DNA of 64,000 nucleotides from Nitrospinales bacterium (GTDB lineage: Bacteria; Nitrospinota; Nitrospinia; Nitrospinales; VA-1): assembly GCA_965223345.1 (NCBI GenBank), contig CBDCWG010000012.1, positions 544,001 to 608,000 of the forward strand, read 5' to 3'. The notes beneath the pieces are model-generated. The model was not told the DNA's origin, did no database searches, and was given only the letters and a program-made list of their open reading frames with translations. Below are positions 10,085 through 21,470 of the stretch, one piece after another. The translations under genes and the position numbers were made by a program. The stretch's first letter is position 1. Each line of letters starts with the position of its first letter.

Positions 10085-10128
10085 TTTTTGTCAATATATT
10101 TGACAAAAAAAATTTTTTTGTCTAGAAT
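10085..10128 (+). promoter_or_regulatory. Divergent promoter region with perfect inverted repeat
   Basis: TTTTTGTCAA-TATAT-TTGACAAAAA (10085-10109); TTGACA-17 bp-TAGAAT on +. Confidence 0.75.
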
Positions 10129-10208
10129 TTAGCAGGAGTTGCCGGTTTGCCACGAAGCTCAAGTTTTAGGAACCGGTGTTGCGGCGCACTTAAAACCGAA
10201 AAGAAACC

Positions 10209-11141
10209 ATGAACGAATCGACACAGGACAGCGGCCTGGCGATCGGCGAATTGTCACGGCTCACAGGAATCAGCACCCACGCGTTGCGCGTCTGGGAACG
10301 ACGTTACGGTTCGCCCCGGTCCACACGCCTTCCCTCCGGGCACCGCCGCTACGCAAAAGAAGAGGTGCCGCGGCTGCGCGCCGTGGCGCGCGCGCTGAAG
10401 GCCGGACTGCGTGCGAAAAAGGTCGTGCCCGCCAGTCTGCAGGATCTGGAAAAACTGCTGCAGGTGGCGCCGTTGTTTTCCAAGGACAAAAAATCCGAGT
10501 CCGCCTCGAGTGAGGCGGAGCAGAAACGTCAGATGGTGATCGAGAACTGGATCGAAGGGGTGCACCGCTACTGCAATCAGACCCTGAACCAGGGGTTTCA
10601 TGAGGAATGGTCGAAGCGCGGCGCCATGAATTTCGTGCAGGAATGCGCGGCGCCGTTTGTGCAGCGGGTCGGCAAAGGCTGGGAGCACGGCGAGCTGTCG
10701 GTTTCCCAGGAACACTTCGCATCGGCGCGGCTCAGCGATTTTCTCGGCTCGATGTGGCGGCGGCTGAGCGAACGCAACGAGGGAGAAACCTGTGTGCTGG
10801 CGGGCCTGCCGGGCGAGCCGCACAGTCTGGGCCTGTCGATGGCCGCGGTCATCACGGCGGTGACCGGCCGGTCGATCGTTTACCTGGGAACCAACACCCC
10901 CATCGAAGACATCGTCGCTACCGTGCAATCCTGCGCGGCGACCATCGTGTGCTTCAGCGTTTCGGTCATCTACGATGCAAAAGCCGCGCGCAGCGCTCTC
11001 AAAAAAATCCGCAAGGCGCTCGATCCTTCCGTCCGCATCGTGGTCGGCGGGAAAGGCGCTCCCGGCGGCTTGCCGGGTGTGGAGACACTGAGCAGCATGA
11101 ACGCCTATTACGAATGGCTGGAGAATGCGAACTCAGACTGA
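10209..11141 (+). CDS. MerR-family cobalamin-binding regulator (CarH/LitR-like)
   Basis: LRVWERRYG...SGHRRY HTH; W-x9-EH (WEHGELSVSQEH); EPHSLG B12 motif; VVGG. Confidence 0.88.
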   Translation: MNESTQDSGLAIGELSRLTGISTHALRVWERRYGSPRSTRLPSGHRRYAKEEVPRLRAVARALKAGLRAKKVVPASLQDLEKLLQVAPLFSKDKKSESASSEAEQKRQMVIENWIEGVHRYCNQTLNQGFHEEWSKRGAMNFVQECAAPFVQRVGKGWEHGELSVSQEHFASARLSDFLGSMWRRLSERNEGETCVLAGLPGEPHSLGLSMAAVITAVTGRSIVYLGTNTPIEDIVATVQSCAATIVCFSVSVIYDAKAARSALKKIRKALDPSVRIVVGGKGAPGGLPGVETLSSMNAYYEWLENANSD

Positions 11142-11196
11142 GCCATTGCACTGAACAAAACAGATCGAATTATGAAACTTTTTATCGAGTGAGATC

Positions 11197-11757
11197 ATGA
11201 ATATAAAATTGAAAAAACTCAGCGGCGGGTTGGGAATCGCGCTGATCCTGGTTTGCTGGACCGCGACGGCGGAAAGCCGCGGGCTCAGCGATGAAACGCT
11301 CGCCGTCGGCAAACCGCTGCCCAACGCGGCGCTGCAACAGGACGGCAAACCGCACATAGAACTGAACGCGCTGAAAGGGCGGGTCAAGATCATCAGCGTG
11401 GTGCCACAGCTCAACACACCGGTGTGCGACGCGCAGACGCACAAGCTGAGCGAGGAAAACGGCGGGCTGGACGCGCATCTGGACATCGTGACCATCAGCA
11501 CCAACACGGCGGCGGATCAGTCGCGCTTTGCGGAAAAGGCCAACATCCACAACATCCTGTTTCTCTCGGACAACCCGGACTACGACTTCGGCAACAAAAC
11601 CGGCCTGCTCAACCCGAGCTTTCATTTTCTCAACCGCACGGTTCTGGTGGTGGACGCCGACAACATCATCCGCTACGTGGACCGGGTGCCGGGCGGCGGC
11701 ATGCCCGACATCCCAAAAGCCCTGAAAGCCGCCAGACAGGTGTTGGAAAAAAGTTAG
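11197..11757 (+). CDS. Exported Tpx-like peroxiredoxin
   Basis: IISVVPQLNTPVCDAQT, LSD, RTVLVVD; signal peptide. Confidence 0.78.
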   Translation: MNIKLKKLSGGLGIALILVCWTATAESRGLSDETLAVGKPLPNAALQQDGKPHIELNALKGRVKIISVVPQLNTPVCDAQTHKLSEENGGLDAHLDIVTISTNTAADQSRFAEKANIHNILFLSDNPDYDFGNKTGLLNPSFHFLNRTVLVVDADNIIRYVDRVPGGGMPDIPKALKAARQVLEKS

Positions 11758-11765
11758 CAGAAAGA

Positions 11766-13001
<1,236 letters not shown>

Positions 13002-13221
13002 ACTCTACTCCCGGCGAAAAACGCATGTTTGCGGAATCCTCTCAGTTTAAAGGACGATCGCCGATCGCCCAAATGTTATTTCCTTTGCACAAGGGTGGCG
13101 GCAAGGCCGCCGGCGCGCGCTGCAGGCAAACGGAATGGGTATTCCGGGATCGCGGATTGAGTGTTAAAATTCTCAAGCGTTCCCCGATTTTGCCGTGTCC
13201 CATCAACGGATTCCATCTCCC

Positions 13222-16200
13222 ATGCACCCAGACCAGAGCCACCTGTTAAAAACCCGGCGTTTCCTGCCGCTGTTTCTCACCCAGTTTCTCGGTGCGTTCA
13301 ACGACAACGTGTTCAAAAACGCGCTGGTGATTCTGATCACCTACTCGGTGGCGGAAAAAGCCGGGCTCAACGCGCAGATCCTGGTGACGCTGGCGGCGGG
13401 GATCTTCATCCTGCCGTTTTTCCTGTTCTCGGCCACCGCCGGGCAGATCGCCGACAAGTACGACAAGGCCCGGCTCATCCGCATCATAAAGGCGGTGGAG
13501 ATCGGCCTCATGATCGCGGCGGGGGTGGGTTTTTATCTGCAAAATGTCTACTTCCTGCTGACGGTGCTGTTCCTCATGGGCACGCAGTCGTCGTTTTTCG
13601 GTCCGCTCAAATACGGCATCCTGCCCGATCAACTGCACGAGCACGAGCTGATCGGCGGCAACGCGCTGATCGAAGCGGGCACCTTCGTCTCCATCCTCAT
13701 CGGCACCATCCTCGGCGGCCTTTTGATTCTCGCGGAAGGCGGCATCACGCTGGTTTCGGGCATGGTGCTGGCCGTCGCCGTCCTGGGATGGGTGAGCAGC
13801 CTGTCGATCCCGTCCACGAAGGCCGCGGACCCGGACATCACGGTGCGCTACAATCTGTTCACCGAGACTTACAGGATCATCGGACACATCCGCGAAAACA
13901 AGGTGGTGTTCCGCTCGATCCTGGGCATCTCCTGGTTCTGGCTGTTCGGCGCTTCCTTCCTGTCGCAGTTTCCCACCTACGGCAAGGACGTGATCGGCGG
14001 CAACGAGCAGGTGGTCACTTTATTTTTGACCGTGTTTTCGATCGGCATCGGCGTGGGCTCGCTGTTCTGCAACAAGCTGTTGAAAGGCGAGATCGTGGCG
14101 ACCTACGTGCCGCTCGGCGTGCTGGGCATGACGCTGTTCACGGTGGATCTGTACTTCGCCAGCGGAAACGGCATCACCGCCGGCGGCGGCGAGTTGATCG
14201 GCGTGTCGGCTTTTCTTGCTGAGTTTTCCAGCTGGCGCATTCTGTTCGACCTGTTCGGCATCTCGGTGTGCGGCGGCATCTACATCGTGCCGCTGTATTC
14301 GCTGATGCAGAGCCGCTCGGAAGCCGAATACCGGTCGCGCACCATCGCCGGCAACAATGTGATGAACGCCCTGTTCATGGTGGTCTCGGCGCTGTGGATC
14401 ACCTGGATGCTGGCGAAGGATTTTAAGGATTTTTCGGTCACGGAAGTGTTCCTGACGCTCGCCGTGGTGAACGGCCTGGTTTCCATTTACGTGTGCACGT
14501 TGCTGCCGGACGCACTGGTGAAATCGCTGCTCACCTGGCTGTTCCACACGCTGTACCGGCTGGAAGTGCGCGGCGCCGAGCACATCAAAAAAACGGCGGA
14601 TAAATCCATCCTGGTTGCCAATCACCTGTCGTTCCTGGATGCGGCGCTACTGGCCTCCTGCGTTCCGGACCGCCTGACTTTCGCCATCAACACGCAGATG
14701 GCGAAACAGTGGTGGGTGCGGCCGTTCCTGTCGCTGGCGGACACGTTCGCCCTCGATCCCACCAACCCGATGTCCACGCGCTCGCTCATCGACGCCATCC
14801 GCAAGGGCCACAAGGTGGTGATCTTTCCGGAAGGACGCCTGACGGTGACCGGATCGCTGATGAAGGTGTACGAAGGGCCGGGCATGATCGCCGACAAATC
14901 GGGCGCGCAGCTGCTGCCGGTGGCCATCGCCGGGGCGCAGTACACGCCGTTTTCGCGGCTCAAGGGCAAAGTGCGCACGCGCTGGTTTCCCAAGATCACA
15001 CTCACGTTCATGGAACCGGTGGCGTTCGACCTTCCCGAAGACGTCAAAGGCCGCAAGCGGCGGCGCGCCGCCGGCGCGAAGCTGTACGACATCATGACGG
15101 ACATGCTGTTTCACAGCCACGATCTCAACCAGACGCTGTTTCAATCGCTCTTGGATGCCAAATCGGTGCACGGCGGCGGTCACCTTGTGGCCGAGGACAT
15201 CGAACGCAAACCGCTTTCCTACCAGCAATTCGTGGCGCGCAGTTTCATTCTCGGCAAAGCCTTCACCAGGAGCACCGCCCCGGAAGAAGTGGTAGGCATG
15301 CTGCTTCCCAACATGGTCGGCACGCTGCTCGGGTTTTTCGGCTTGCAGGCGTTCGGGCGGGTTCCGGCGATGCTGAACTTTTCGACCGGTAAAAAGAACC
15401 TGCTTGCCGCCTGCGCAACCGCGGCGATCCGCACGGTGATCACCTCGAAGCGGTTCGTGGCCATGGCCAACCTGCCCGAAACGGTGGAGGCGATGCAGAG
15501 CGTGGGTGTCGCCATCGTCTATCTGGAAGACCTGCGCGACAGCATCTCAGGCTGGGACAAACTGAAAGGACTGCTGGCAGCGCGGGCGCCGCAGTTGTAT
15601 TACCGCATGCAGCATAAAAACCCGGATGCGGACGCCCCCACGGTGGTGCTGTTCACCTCCGGTTCGGAGGGCACGCCCAAGGGCGTGGTGTTGAGTCACA
15701 AGAACATCCAGGCCAACCGTTTTCAGGTCGCCTCGCGGGTGGATTTCGGTCCGCTCGACATCGTGTTCAACGCGCTGCCGGTGTTCCATTCCTTCGGCCT
15801 GACGGGCGGGACGCTGCTGCCGCTGCTTTCGGGCATGAAGACGTTTTTCTATCCCTCGCCGCTGCATTACCGCATCGTGCCGGAGCTGGTGTACGACACC
15901 AACGCCACGATCCTGTTCGGCACCGACACCTTTCTGACCGGATATGCGCGTTACGCGCATCCCTACGATTTTTACAGCATCCGTTACGTGTTCGCGGGCG
16001 CGGAAAAACTCAAGGAATCGACGCGCGCCACCTGGTCGGAAAAATTCGGCGTGCGCATCTTCGAGGGCTATGGCGCGACCGAGACGGCTCCCGTGCTGGC
16101 GATGAACACGCCGATGCAGAACCAGCCCGGATCGGTCGGGCGGCTGATGCCGGGCATCGAATACCTGCTCAAGGACGTGCCGGGCATCGAAACCGGCGGA

Positions 16201-16671
16201 CGGCTCTGGGTGTCGGGACCGAACATCATGAAGGGCTATTTTCTCAGCGACGCGCCGGGAAAACTCGTGCCTCCGGACGGCGGCTGGTACGATACGGGCG
16301 ACATCGTGGAGGTGAACGCGGAGGGTTATGTCACGATCAAGGGACGGGCCAAGCGCTTCGCCAAGGTGGGCGGCGAGATGGTTTCGCTCACGGCGGTGGA
16401 AGGCTTCGTGAACCAGGTCTGGCCGGGTTACGCGCACGCGGTGGTGACCGTTCCCGATGCCAAGAAAGGCGAGCAGCTGGTGCTGGTCACCAGTTTCAAA
16501 GAGGCTTCCCGCGAACCGTTGATGCAGTACATCAAACAGAACGGCATCGGCGAGCTGTCGTTGCCGAAGAACATCCTTGTGATGGACAAACTGCCGGTTC
16601 TCGGAACCGGCAAGACCGATTACGTGGCGCTGAACGAATGGGTGCTAAAACAGACAGGATCGTCTTCCTGA
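13222..16671 (+). CDS. aas: MFS (LplT) - acyltransferase - acyl-ACP synthetase fusion
   Basis: GAFNDNVFKN MFS; NHLSFLD and FPEG (PlsC); FTSGSEGTPKG, EGYGATE, YDTGD (AMP-binding). Confidence 0.93.
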   Translation: MHPDQSHLLKTRRFLPLFLTQFLGAFNDNVFKNALVILITYSVAEKAGLNAQILVTLAAGIFILPFFLFSATAGQIADKYDKARLIRIIKAVEIGLMIAAGVGFYLQNVYFLLTVLFLMGTQSSFFGPLKYGILPDQLHEHELIGGNALIEAGTFVSILIGTILGGLLILAEGGITLVSGMVLAVAVLGWVSSLSIPSTKAADPDITVRYNLFTETYRIIGHIRENKVVFRSILGISWFWLFGASFLSQFPTYGKDVIGGNEQVVTLFLTVFSIGIGVGSLFCNKLLKGEIVATYVPLGVLGMTLFTVDLYFASGNGITAGGGELIGVSAFLAEFSSWRILFDLFGISVCGGIYIVPLYSLMQSRSEAEYRSRTIAGNNVMNALFMVVSALWITWMLAKDFKDFSVTEVFLTLAVVNGLVSIYVCTLLPDALVKSLLTWLFHTLYRLEVRGAEHIKKTADKSILVANHLSFLDAALLASCVPDRLTFAINTQMAKQWWVRPFLSLADTFALDPTNPMSTRSLIDAIRKGHKVVIFPEGRLTVTGSLMKVYEGPGMIADKSGAQLLPVAIAGAQYTPFSRLKGKVRTRWFPKITLTFMEPVAFDLPEDVKGRKRRRAAGAKLYDIMTDMLFHSHDLNQTLFQSLLDAKSVHGGGHLVAEDIERKPLSYQQFVARSFILGKAFTRSTAPEEVVGMLLPNMVGTLLGFFGLQAFGRVPAMLNFSTGKKNLLAACATAAIRTVITSKRFVAMANLPETVEAMQSVGVAIVYLEDLRDSISGWDKLKGLLAARAPQLYYRMQHKNPDADAPTVVLFTSGSEGTPKGVVLSHKNIQANRFQVASRVDFGPLDIVFNALPVFHSFGLTGGTLLPLLSGMKTFFYPSPLHYRIVPELVYDTNATILFGTDTFLTGYARYAHPYDFYSIRYVFAGAEKLKESTRATWSEKFGVRIFEGYGATETAPVLAMNTPMQNQPGSVGRLMPGIEYLLKDVPGIETGGRLWVSGPNIMKGYFLSDAPGKLVPPDGGWYDTGDIVEVNAEGYVTIKGRAKRFAKVGGEMVSLTAVEGFVNQVWPGYAHAVVTVPDAKKGEQLVLVTSFKEASREPLMQYIKQNGIGELSLPKNILVMDKLPVLGTGKTDYVALNEWVLKQTGSSS

Positions 16672-16701
16672 GTCCTGCGTGCAGCAACATCCCGTCCGCA
16701 T

Positions 16702-17451
16702 TCAATCTCGCTGGAATTCTCCCTGCTTTAAAAAATTCAGGATCTGCGCGATGGCTGCGTCGTTTTTCATGATGAAGGTGTGCGTCGCGTGCAGAACGAT
16801 GTGATCTTTCATGCCGTCGAGTTTGGTGCGTTCGATCGACACCTTGCCGTCGTCGCTGCCGGGAATCAGGTAGGAACCGAAAGGGTCGATGGAACGGTCG
16901 CCCGCGATCACGCCCAGTTCGAAATCGACACCGCCTAAAAAAGAACGCAAATCATCCTGATCGGTCCCCAACTGCTGACCGGCGGGGCCGTAAAATTTTT
17001 TGTACAGGAAATTGTCTTTGAGAAAGTCCGCCATCTCGCTGCCGCGGTTCGGCGGGCTCAGCATGACGACGCGGCCCAAGTTTTTCGGCCGATGCTGCCG
17101 GATCAATCCCCGCGCCACCAGACCGCCCATCGAATAGGTCACGAAATGCAAAGGGCGGTCCCGGTTGGCGTTGAACGCATCGATCTGCGGCTGGATTGTT
17201 TGCACCAGTTCGGCAAGGGAAAGATCGGTGGAAGGGTAATCGACGTTCAACACACGGTAGCCCTCTTTCACAAGCGCGTTTTCGATCTTTTCCATCGAGG
17301 CGCTGCTGCGCGCGATTCCGTGCAGCAGGACGACCGACTCCGCCTCGGCGGCGTGGACACTTGCCCCAGAGACCGCAAGCCATCCCAACCAAAGACAGAA
17401 CACAAAGTGTGCAATCACGGTTTTGGAAATTTTCAAATCGATCGCGTGCAT
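16702..17451 (-). CDS. Exported alpha/beta hydrolase (lipase-like)
   Basis: LLHGI, TYSMGG elbow, DDGKV, HTF. Confidence 0.85.
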   Translation of the reverse strand: MHAIDLKISKTVIAHFVFCLWLGWLAVSGASVHAAEAESVVLLHGIARSSASMEKIENALVKEGYRVLNVDYPSTDLSLAELVQTIQPQIDAFNANRDRPLHFVTYSMGGLVARGLIRQHRPKNLGRVVMLSPPNRGSEMADFLKDNFLYKKFYGPAGQQLGTDQDDLRSFLGGVDFELGVIAGDRSIDPFGSYLIPGSDDGKVSIERTKLDGMKDHIVLHATHTFIMKNDAAIAQILNFLKQGEFQRD

Positions 17452-17475
17452 GCGTTTTGCGGGAAAAGGCCGCTG

Positions 17476-18171
17476 TTATTGGTCTTTTAAAAGATCGCGG
17501 GCCACGGGAAAGATGCGCTCGACCCACAACGCGTATTGCGCGGCGGAAGGGTGCAGCTCGTCTTCTGCGAACATGCCCGCATCGGCACAGAGTTGCTGCG
17601 ACAGCGGGAATATGTCCACCACCGGCAGCTTGCGGGCCGTGGCCGCAGATTCGACGATGCGGTTGAGCCGGGTCATGCCGTTGGGCGCGCTTTTGCCGTA
17701 GCCCCATTTTTTTCCTGAAGGCGAGCAGGAGAAATCGGGAATGGTGACGAGCAGCAGCTTTCCGGAAGGAGACAGCGTTTCCTCGATGCGGTCGATCAGC
17801 CGCTGCACATGCCGGGTGAACAGGCGGCTGGGAGCGCCGCTGCGGATCCAGTCGTTGACGCCGATCAGTAGGGTGACGAAGTCCGGTTTGTGGCCGGCGA
17901 GCAGGGGGATCTGACCGGACAGCACCTGCGATGCGGTCCAGCCGTTTTGTCCCAGGTTGGCGACCAGCTCGAAATCGAGGCCCGCCGCTTGCAGTTTTTT
18001 CGTCAACTGCGCGGGCCAGGTTTTCTCAGGCGCGACGCCGGTGCCAGTGGTGTAGGAATCGCCGAGCGCCACGTAGCGGATGGCCGCGCCCTGCACCGCC
18101 GAAACGAAAAGCAGCTGAATCACCAGGATTGCAATGAGGCTGCGGACGGTCATGCGAAACACAGAGAGCAT
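17476..18171 (-). CDS. SGNH/GDSL hydrolase
   Basis: ALGDSYT, IGVND, DELHPS. Confidence 0.9.
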   Translation of the reverse strand: MLSVFRMTVRSLIAILVIQLLFVSAVQGAAIRYVALGDSYTTGTGVAPEKTWPAQLTKKLQAAGLDFELVANLGQNGWTASQVLSGQIPLLAGHKPDFVTLLIGVNDWIRSGAPSRLFTRHVQRLIDRIEETLSPSGKLLLVTIPDFSCSPSGKKWGYGKSAPNGMTRLNRIVESAATARKLPVVDIFPLSQQLCADAGMFAEDELHPSAAQYALWVERIFPVARDLLKDQ

Positions 18172-18215
18172 CGGAGTGAATCCGAAACGGTTTTGGAATG
18201 AAACCGGGAAAGCGA

Positions 18216-18590
18216 TTACGCGATGGACTCCCCCAACTCGTCTTCCTCGAACAGTTCGGTCATCATGTCGTGGGTGGATTCCTGGTTTTGTTTTTTTTCG
18301 GTTCCGTCCAGGTACAGGTTGATACGCTGAAGCTGTTCCTCCGACACGTTGCAGAGGATGAGGCGCTGCATCAGGGTTTCCCGATCGAAGCGCTGCAGCA
18401 GCCTCCCGAGACTGGCGTGCAGAAACGGGACCAGGATGGTCTGCACATCGGAAAAATCCAACTCCACCGATGCCTGCTTCTCCAGCCGGGATTGCAGCAG
18501 CGCGAACAGTTGGTTGCCATCGTCGATCGATTCCAGTTGACCGTCGATTTCCTGCGCCAGGTGAATGCGTGTATTTGCTTCTGAAGTCAT
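18216..18590 (-). CDS. STAS-like (DUF4325) domain protein
   Basis: VELDFSDV...FLHASLGRL pattern. Confidence 0.65.
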   Translation of the reverse strand: MTSEANTRIHLAQEIDGQLESIDDGNQLFALLQSRLEKQASVELDFSDVQTILVPFLHASLGRLLQRFDRETLMQRLILCNVSEEQLQRINLYLDGTEKKQNQESTHDMMTELFEEDELGESIA

Positions 18591-18640
18591 GGTTCTTGTT
18601 GCGCGTCCTTTCGGTTTTTTCTCCTGCGATTGATATCCGC

Positions 18641-18943
18641 TCAATCTTCAGCCAGTTCTTCGGCCAGTTCGGCGATCAGCTTCAGCGCTCCGAGAACCCG
18701 CAGCCGGTCGTCGTCTTCACAATCCTCGAGCCATTTGCCGTAGCCATTTTCCTGCAACACGGATCTTGCCGGCCGCCCGTCTTTCACGACGCCCTGCAGA
18801 TTTTCCAGGCAATCGATTTCGGTTTTGGCCTGCGCGGCGATGTTCTCGAAGCGGTCACCGGTTTCGATGCTCTGCAGCGTCTGCATCGCTTTCGGCAATT
18901 GCCGGGAAAGCTCTGTAAGTATGGGATGCGGTTGAGCGTTCAT
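18641..18943 (-). CDS. Hypothetical helical protein
   Basis: 100-aa ORF tightly spaced in a co-directional run. Confidence 0.6.
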   Translation of the reverse strand: MNAQPHPILTELSRQLPKAMQTLQSIETGDRFENIAAQAKTEIDCLENLQGVVKDGRPARSVLQENGYGKWLEDCEDDDRLRVLGALKLIAELAEELAED

Positions 18944-18958
18944 GGATTCAGCCTGAGT

Positions 18959-20245
18959 TCAAATCATGCGCCGCCGCAGCGCATGGATGCGTTGCTTCCA
19001 GGAATCGGCCCAGGGTTCGGTCGTCGCGCTGAAAATTTCCTCAGCCCGGTTCAGGTGCCCCTGCGCGCGTATCCGGCTGTCCAGGGCGCAGCAGATCTCA
19101 GCCAGATCGACGGAAATGCGGGCTTCCTCCCGCCGGTCTTCCAGATACAGGGCGAGGTTCAGAGCCTGCCGCAGACATTCCTGCGCCGGTTGCAGGTTAT
19201 CGATTTTTTGATGGTTGAGAGCGATGCCCACCAACAGTTCCAGCTGCTTTTCGGGATCCTCAAGTTCGCGAAAAATCGAAAGCGCTTTCGAGTACGCGTC
19301 GATGGCGCGATCGACCCGGTTGCGCTTGACGCAAACGAATCCCAGACCGTTGTGGGCGCTGCCGACATACTGCCGCAACCCGTGCGATTCGGCCAGAGCC
19401 AGCTGCTGCTCGTAATAGCCGGCGGCCCGGTCGATGTCTCCGGAGACGGCGTGCGCATCCCCGAGGTTGGCCAGCAGGCCGCACTCTTCCTCCACATTGC
19501 CGCTTTGCCGCACCAGCTCGAGTTCCTCTTCGAAATACTGGATGGCCCACCGGGTCTGCCCCAGCTGGCTGAACGCCTGCCCGAGTGCGGACAGCGCTTT
19601 TTTTTCGCCGGTTCGGTCTGCGCGGCGGCGCGCTTCCTTGAGATTGAACTTCTCCGAATCGATGGTGCGGCGCAATTCGGAAGTGGGGGACGTTTTGAGA
19701 TCCCATTTTCGCGAGGACGGCAGCTTGGCTGCCAAATCGGCCTTTTCCTGGGCGGCGTCCGGTTCGGTTTGCATCAGTTTTTTCTCGATCTCCTGTTTGA
19801 ATTGCAGTTCCTTTTGCAGGTCCTCGAAAAGCAGGTGCAGATCTTCGTACCAGTGCGTGCTCCGCATCCGGTGGGCCGTGCAGTCGTGCAACAGCTTCAA
19901 GGCGCCGGGCAGCATTTCCTTTTCGGGAAGCCGGGCTTCATCGAGCAGCAGAGGAACGATGAGGATATCCCGGTTCATCGCCGATACGATTTCAAACCGG
20001 ATGCGCTCCAGCGCGTTCGGTTCATCGAGCGGAAGAGCGGGACGTCCGGGGGGCGCATTTCCGATCACCAGGATCAGGGCGTCGCACAGAGCGAGGGTTT
20101 CGCGGACGCGTTGTTCCGAGTGCAGAGCGGCATCGTGCCCCTGCACGATGCATTTGCACTGCCAGAGCGTTTCGCATTCGCCGGCCATTTTATGCACCAG
20201 AGCTTGCGATTTTTCAAAGCACACGCTGAAATACAAGGTCGGCAT
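18959..20245 (-). CDS. TIR-like domain + TPR protein
   Basis: CDALILVIG...RFEIVSAM...IVPLLLD..LP...LP..L (bacterial TIR_2-like), then LGQAFSQLG/LANLGDAH/HNGLG TPRs. Confidence 0.7.
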   Translation of the reverse strand: MPTLYFSVCFEKSQALVHKMAGECETLWQCKCIVQGHDAALHSEQRVRETLALCDALILVIGNAPPGRPALPLDEPNALERIRFEIVSAMNRDILIVPLLLDEARLPEKEMLPGALKLLHDCTAHRMRSTHWYEDLHLLFEDLQKELQFKQEIEKKLMQTEPDAAQEKADLAAKLPSSRKWDLKTSPTSELRRTIDSEKFNLKEARRRADRTGEKKALSALGQAFSQLGQTRWAIQYFEEELELVRQSGNVEEECGLLANLGDAHAVSGDIDRAAGYYEQQLALAESHGLRQYVGSAHNGLGFVCVKRNRVDRAIDAYSKALSIFRELEDPEKQLELLVGIALNHQKIDNLQPAQECLRQALNLALYLEDRREEARISVDLAEICCALDSRIRAQGHLNRAEEIFSATTEPWADSWKQRIHALRRRMI

Positions 20246-20446
20246 GGTGTCCTGTATGGTGTCCTGTGCGGTTCTGCCTGAAGACCCCCGGCGTTTTCGT
20301 CCCACGTATTATATAGAGAATCGCCGTTGCGGGGAATCGGCACAAAAAAATCCGCAAAAGCGGCCGAATTCGGCGTGGAATCTGAAGAAACGAAGGGGAC
20401 GGGGAGAAACCGGCAACAGGGCAGCAACCCTAACTAGATCAACAGC

Positions 20447-21262
20447 CTAAACAGAATGCGTGGGGATCGACTGGGGCCGGTTTTGCTCGGAACGGCGGGT
20501 TGTTTCGCTGGCGGGTGCTTTTTGCGACACGATGATGCGGTTGCGAATCGATCCCAAAAGCCAGCTCAATACGGGTTTGAGCGGAAGTTCTCGAAACAAC
20601 CGGGCGGCCCCGCCTCCCGAGTTCGACAGGTAAAACTGCATGGGTGCATCGAAATTGCCGAACACCTTCAGGGACAGCTCCCGGTAGTCGCCATTTTTCC
20701 AATAGGAAAGACCGTCCTGGCAGTAGCGATGATTGAGGTCGGCCACCTGCCTCCAGGGCAGTCCGGTCTGAAAGCCGTTGCGCACACCGAGCAGCGCCCA
20801 CAATTGCAGCCACCATTTGGGGCATCTGGGCCAAAAGCAGTTGGCCAGCGGCACAAATATATGCGGCTCGCTGGGCAGATAGTATTTCGCCGGGAACAGG
20901 TGGATCGAAACCCCTCCCCCCTTCAGTATCCTGCGGATCTCTTCAAAACACTGCCGTTTGTTTTTGGCGTGCTCCAACACCGAGATGCTGAAAACCACAT
21001 CGAACGTGTTGTCTTCGTAGGGCAGCCGGTAAGGATCCATGGGGATGGTTTTGAAGATTTCGTTCGGGACGGAGGGATTCTTACGCCACTTCTGTTTGAG
21101 GTCGCAACCGTAGGCCGCATACCCCAAATCCAGAAATTGCTTGACCATTTCTCCGCCGCCGCAGCCAAAATCCAAAACCTTCACTTTCGCGGGGTCTTTC
21201 CATCCGCATATTTTTTCGATATAGGTGTGAACGATCGGTGTGTGCCCGTGCGCTTCGCTCAA
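20447..21262 (-). CDS. Class I SAM methyltransferase
   Basis: VLDFGCGGG, FDVVFSISVLEH, RILKGGG. Confidence 0.88.
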   Translation of the reverse strand: MSEAHGHTPIVHTYIEKICGWKDPAKVKVLDFGCGGGEMVKQFLDLGYAAYGCDLKQKWRKNPSVPNEIFKTIPMDPYRLPYEDNTFDVVFSISVLEHAKNKRQCFEEIRRILKGGGVSIHLFPAKYYLPSEPHIFVPLANCFWPRCPKWWLQLWALLGVRNGFQTGLPWRQVADLNHRYCQDGLSYWKNGDYRELSLKVFGNFDAPMQFYLSNSGGGAARLFRELPLKPVLSWLLGSIRNRIIVSQKAPASETTRRSEQNRPQSIPTHSV

Positions 21263-21470
21263 TGATCTCTCCTCTCTAACCGGCTCGTGTTGTTCTGGGT
21301 TTAAGATAAACAGACGCGCCTGCCCTCACTACAAATGTATAGTTTCAGCGAAAAAAAATCCAAAATCAATTTTTCCACTTTTCGATTCGATCGCGAGCGA
21401 ACCCAGCCCCGTAAAACCGGTATAATAGGGTGCTATTTTAATGTGACGGTTGGATTTATTGGAGATCACG

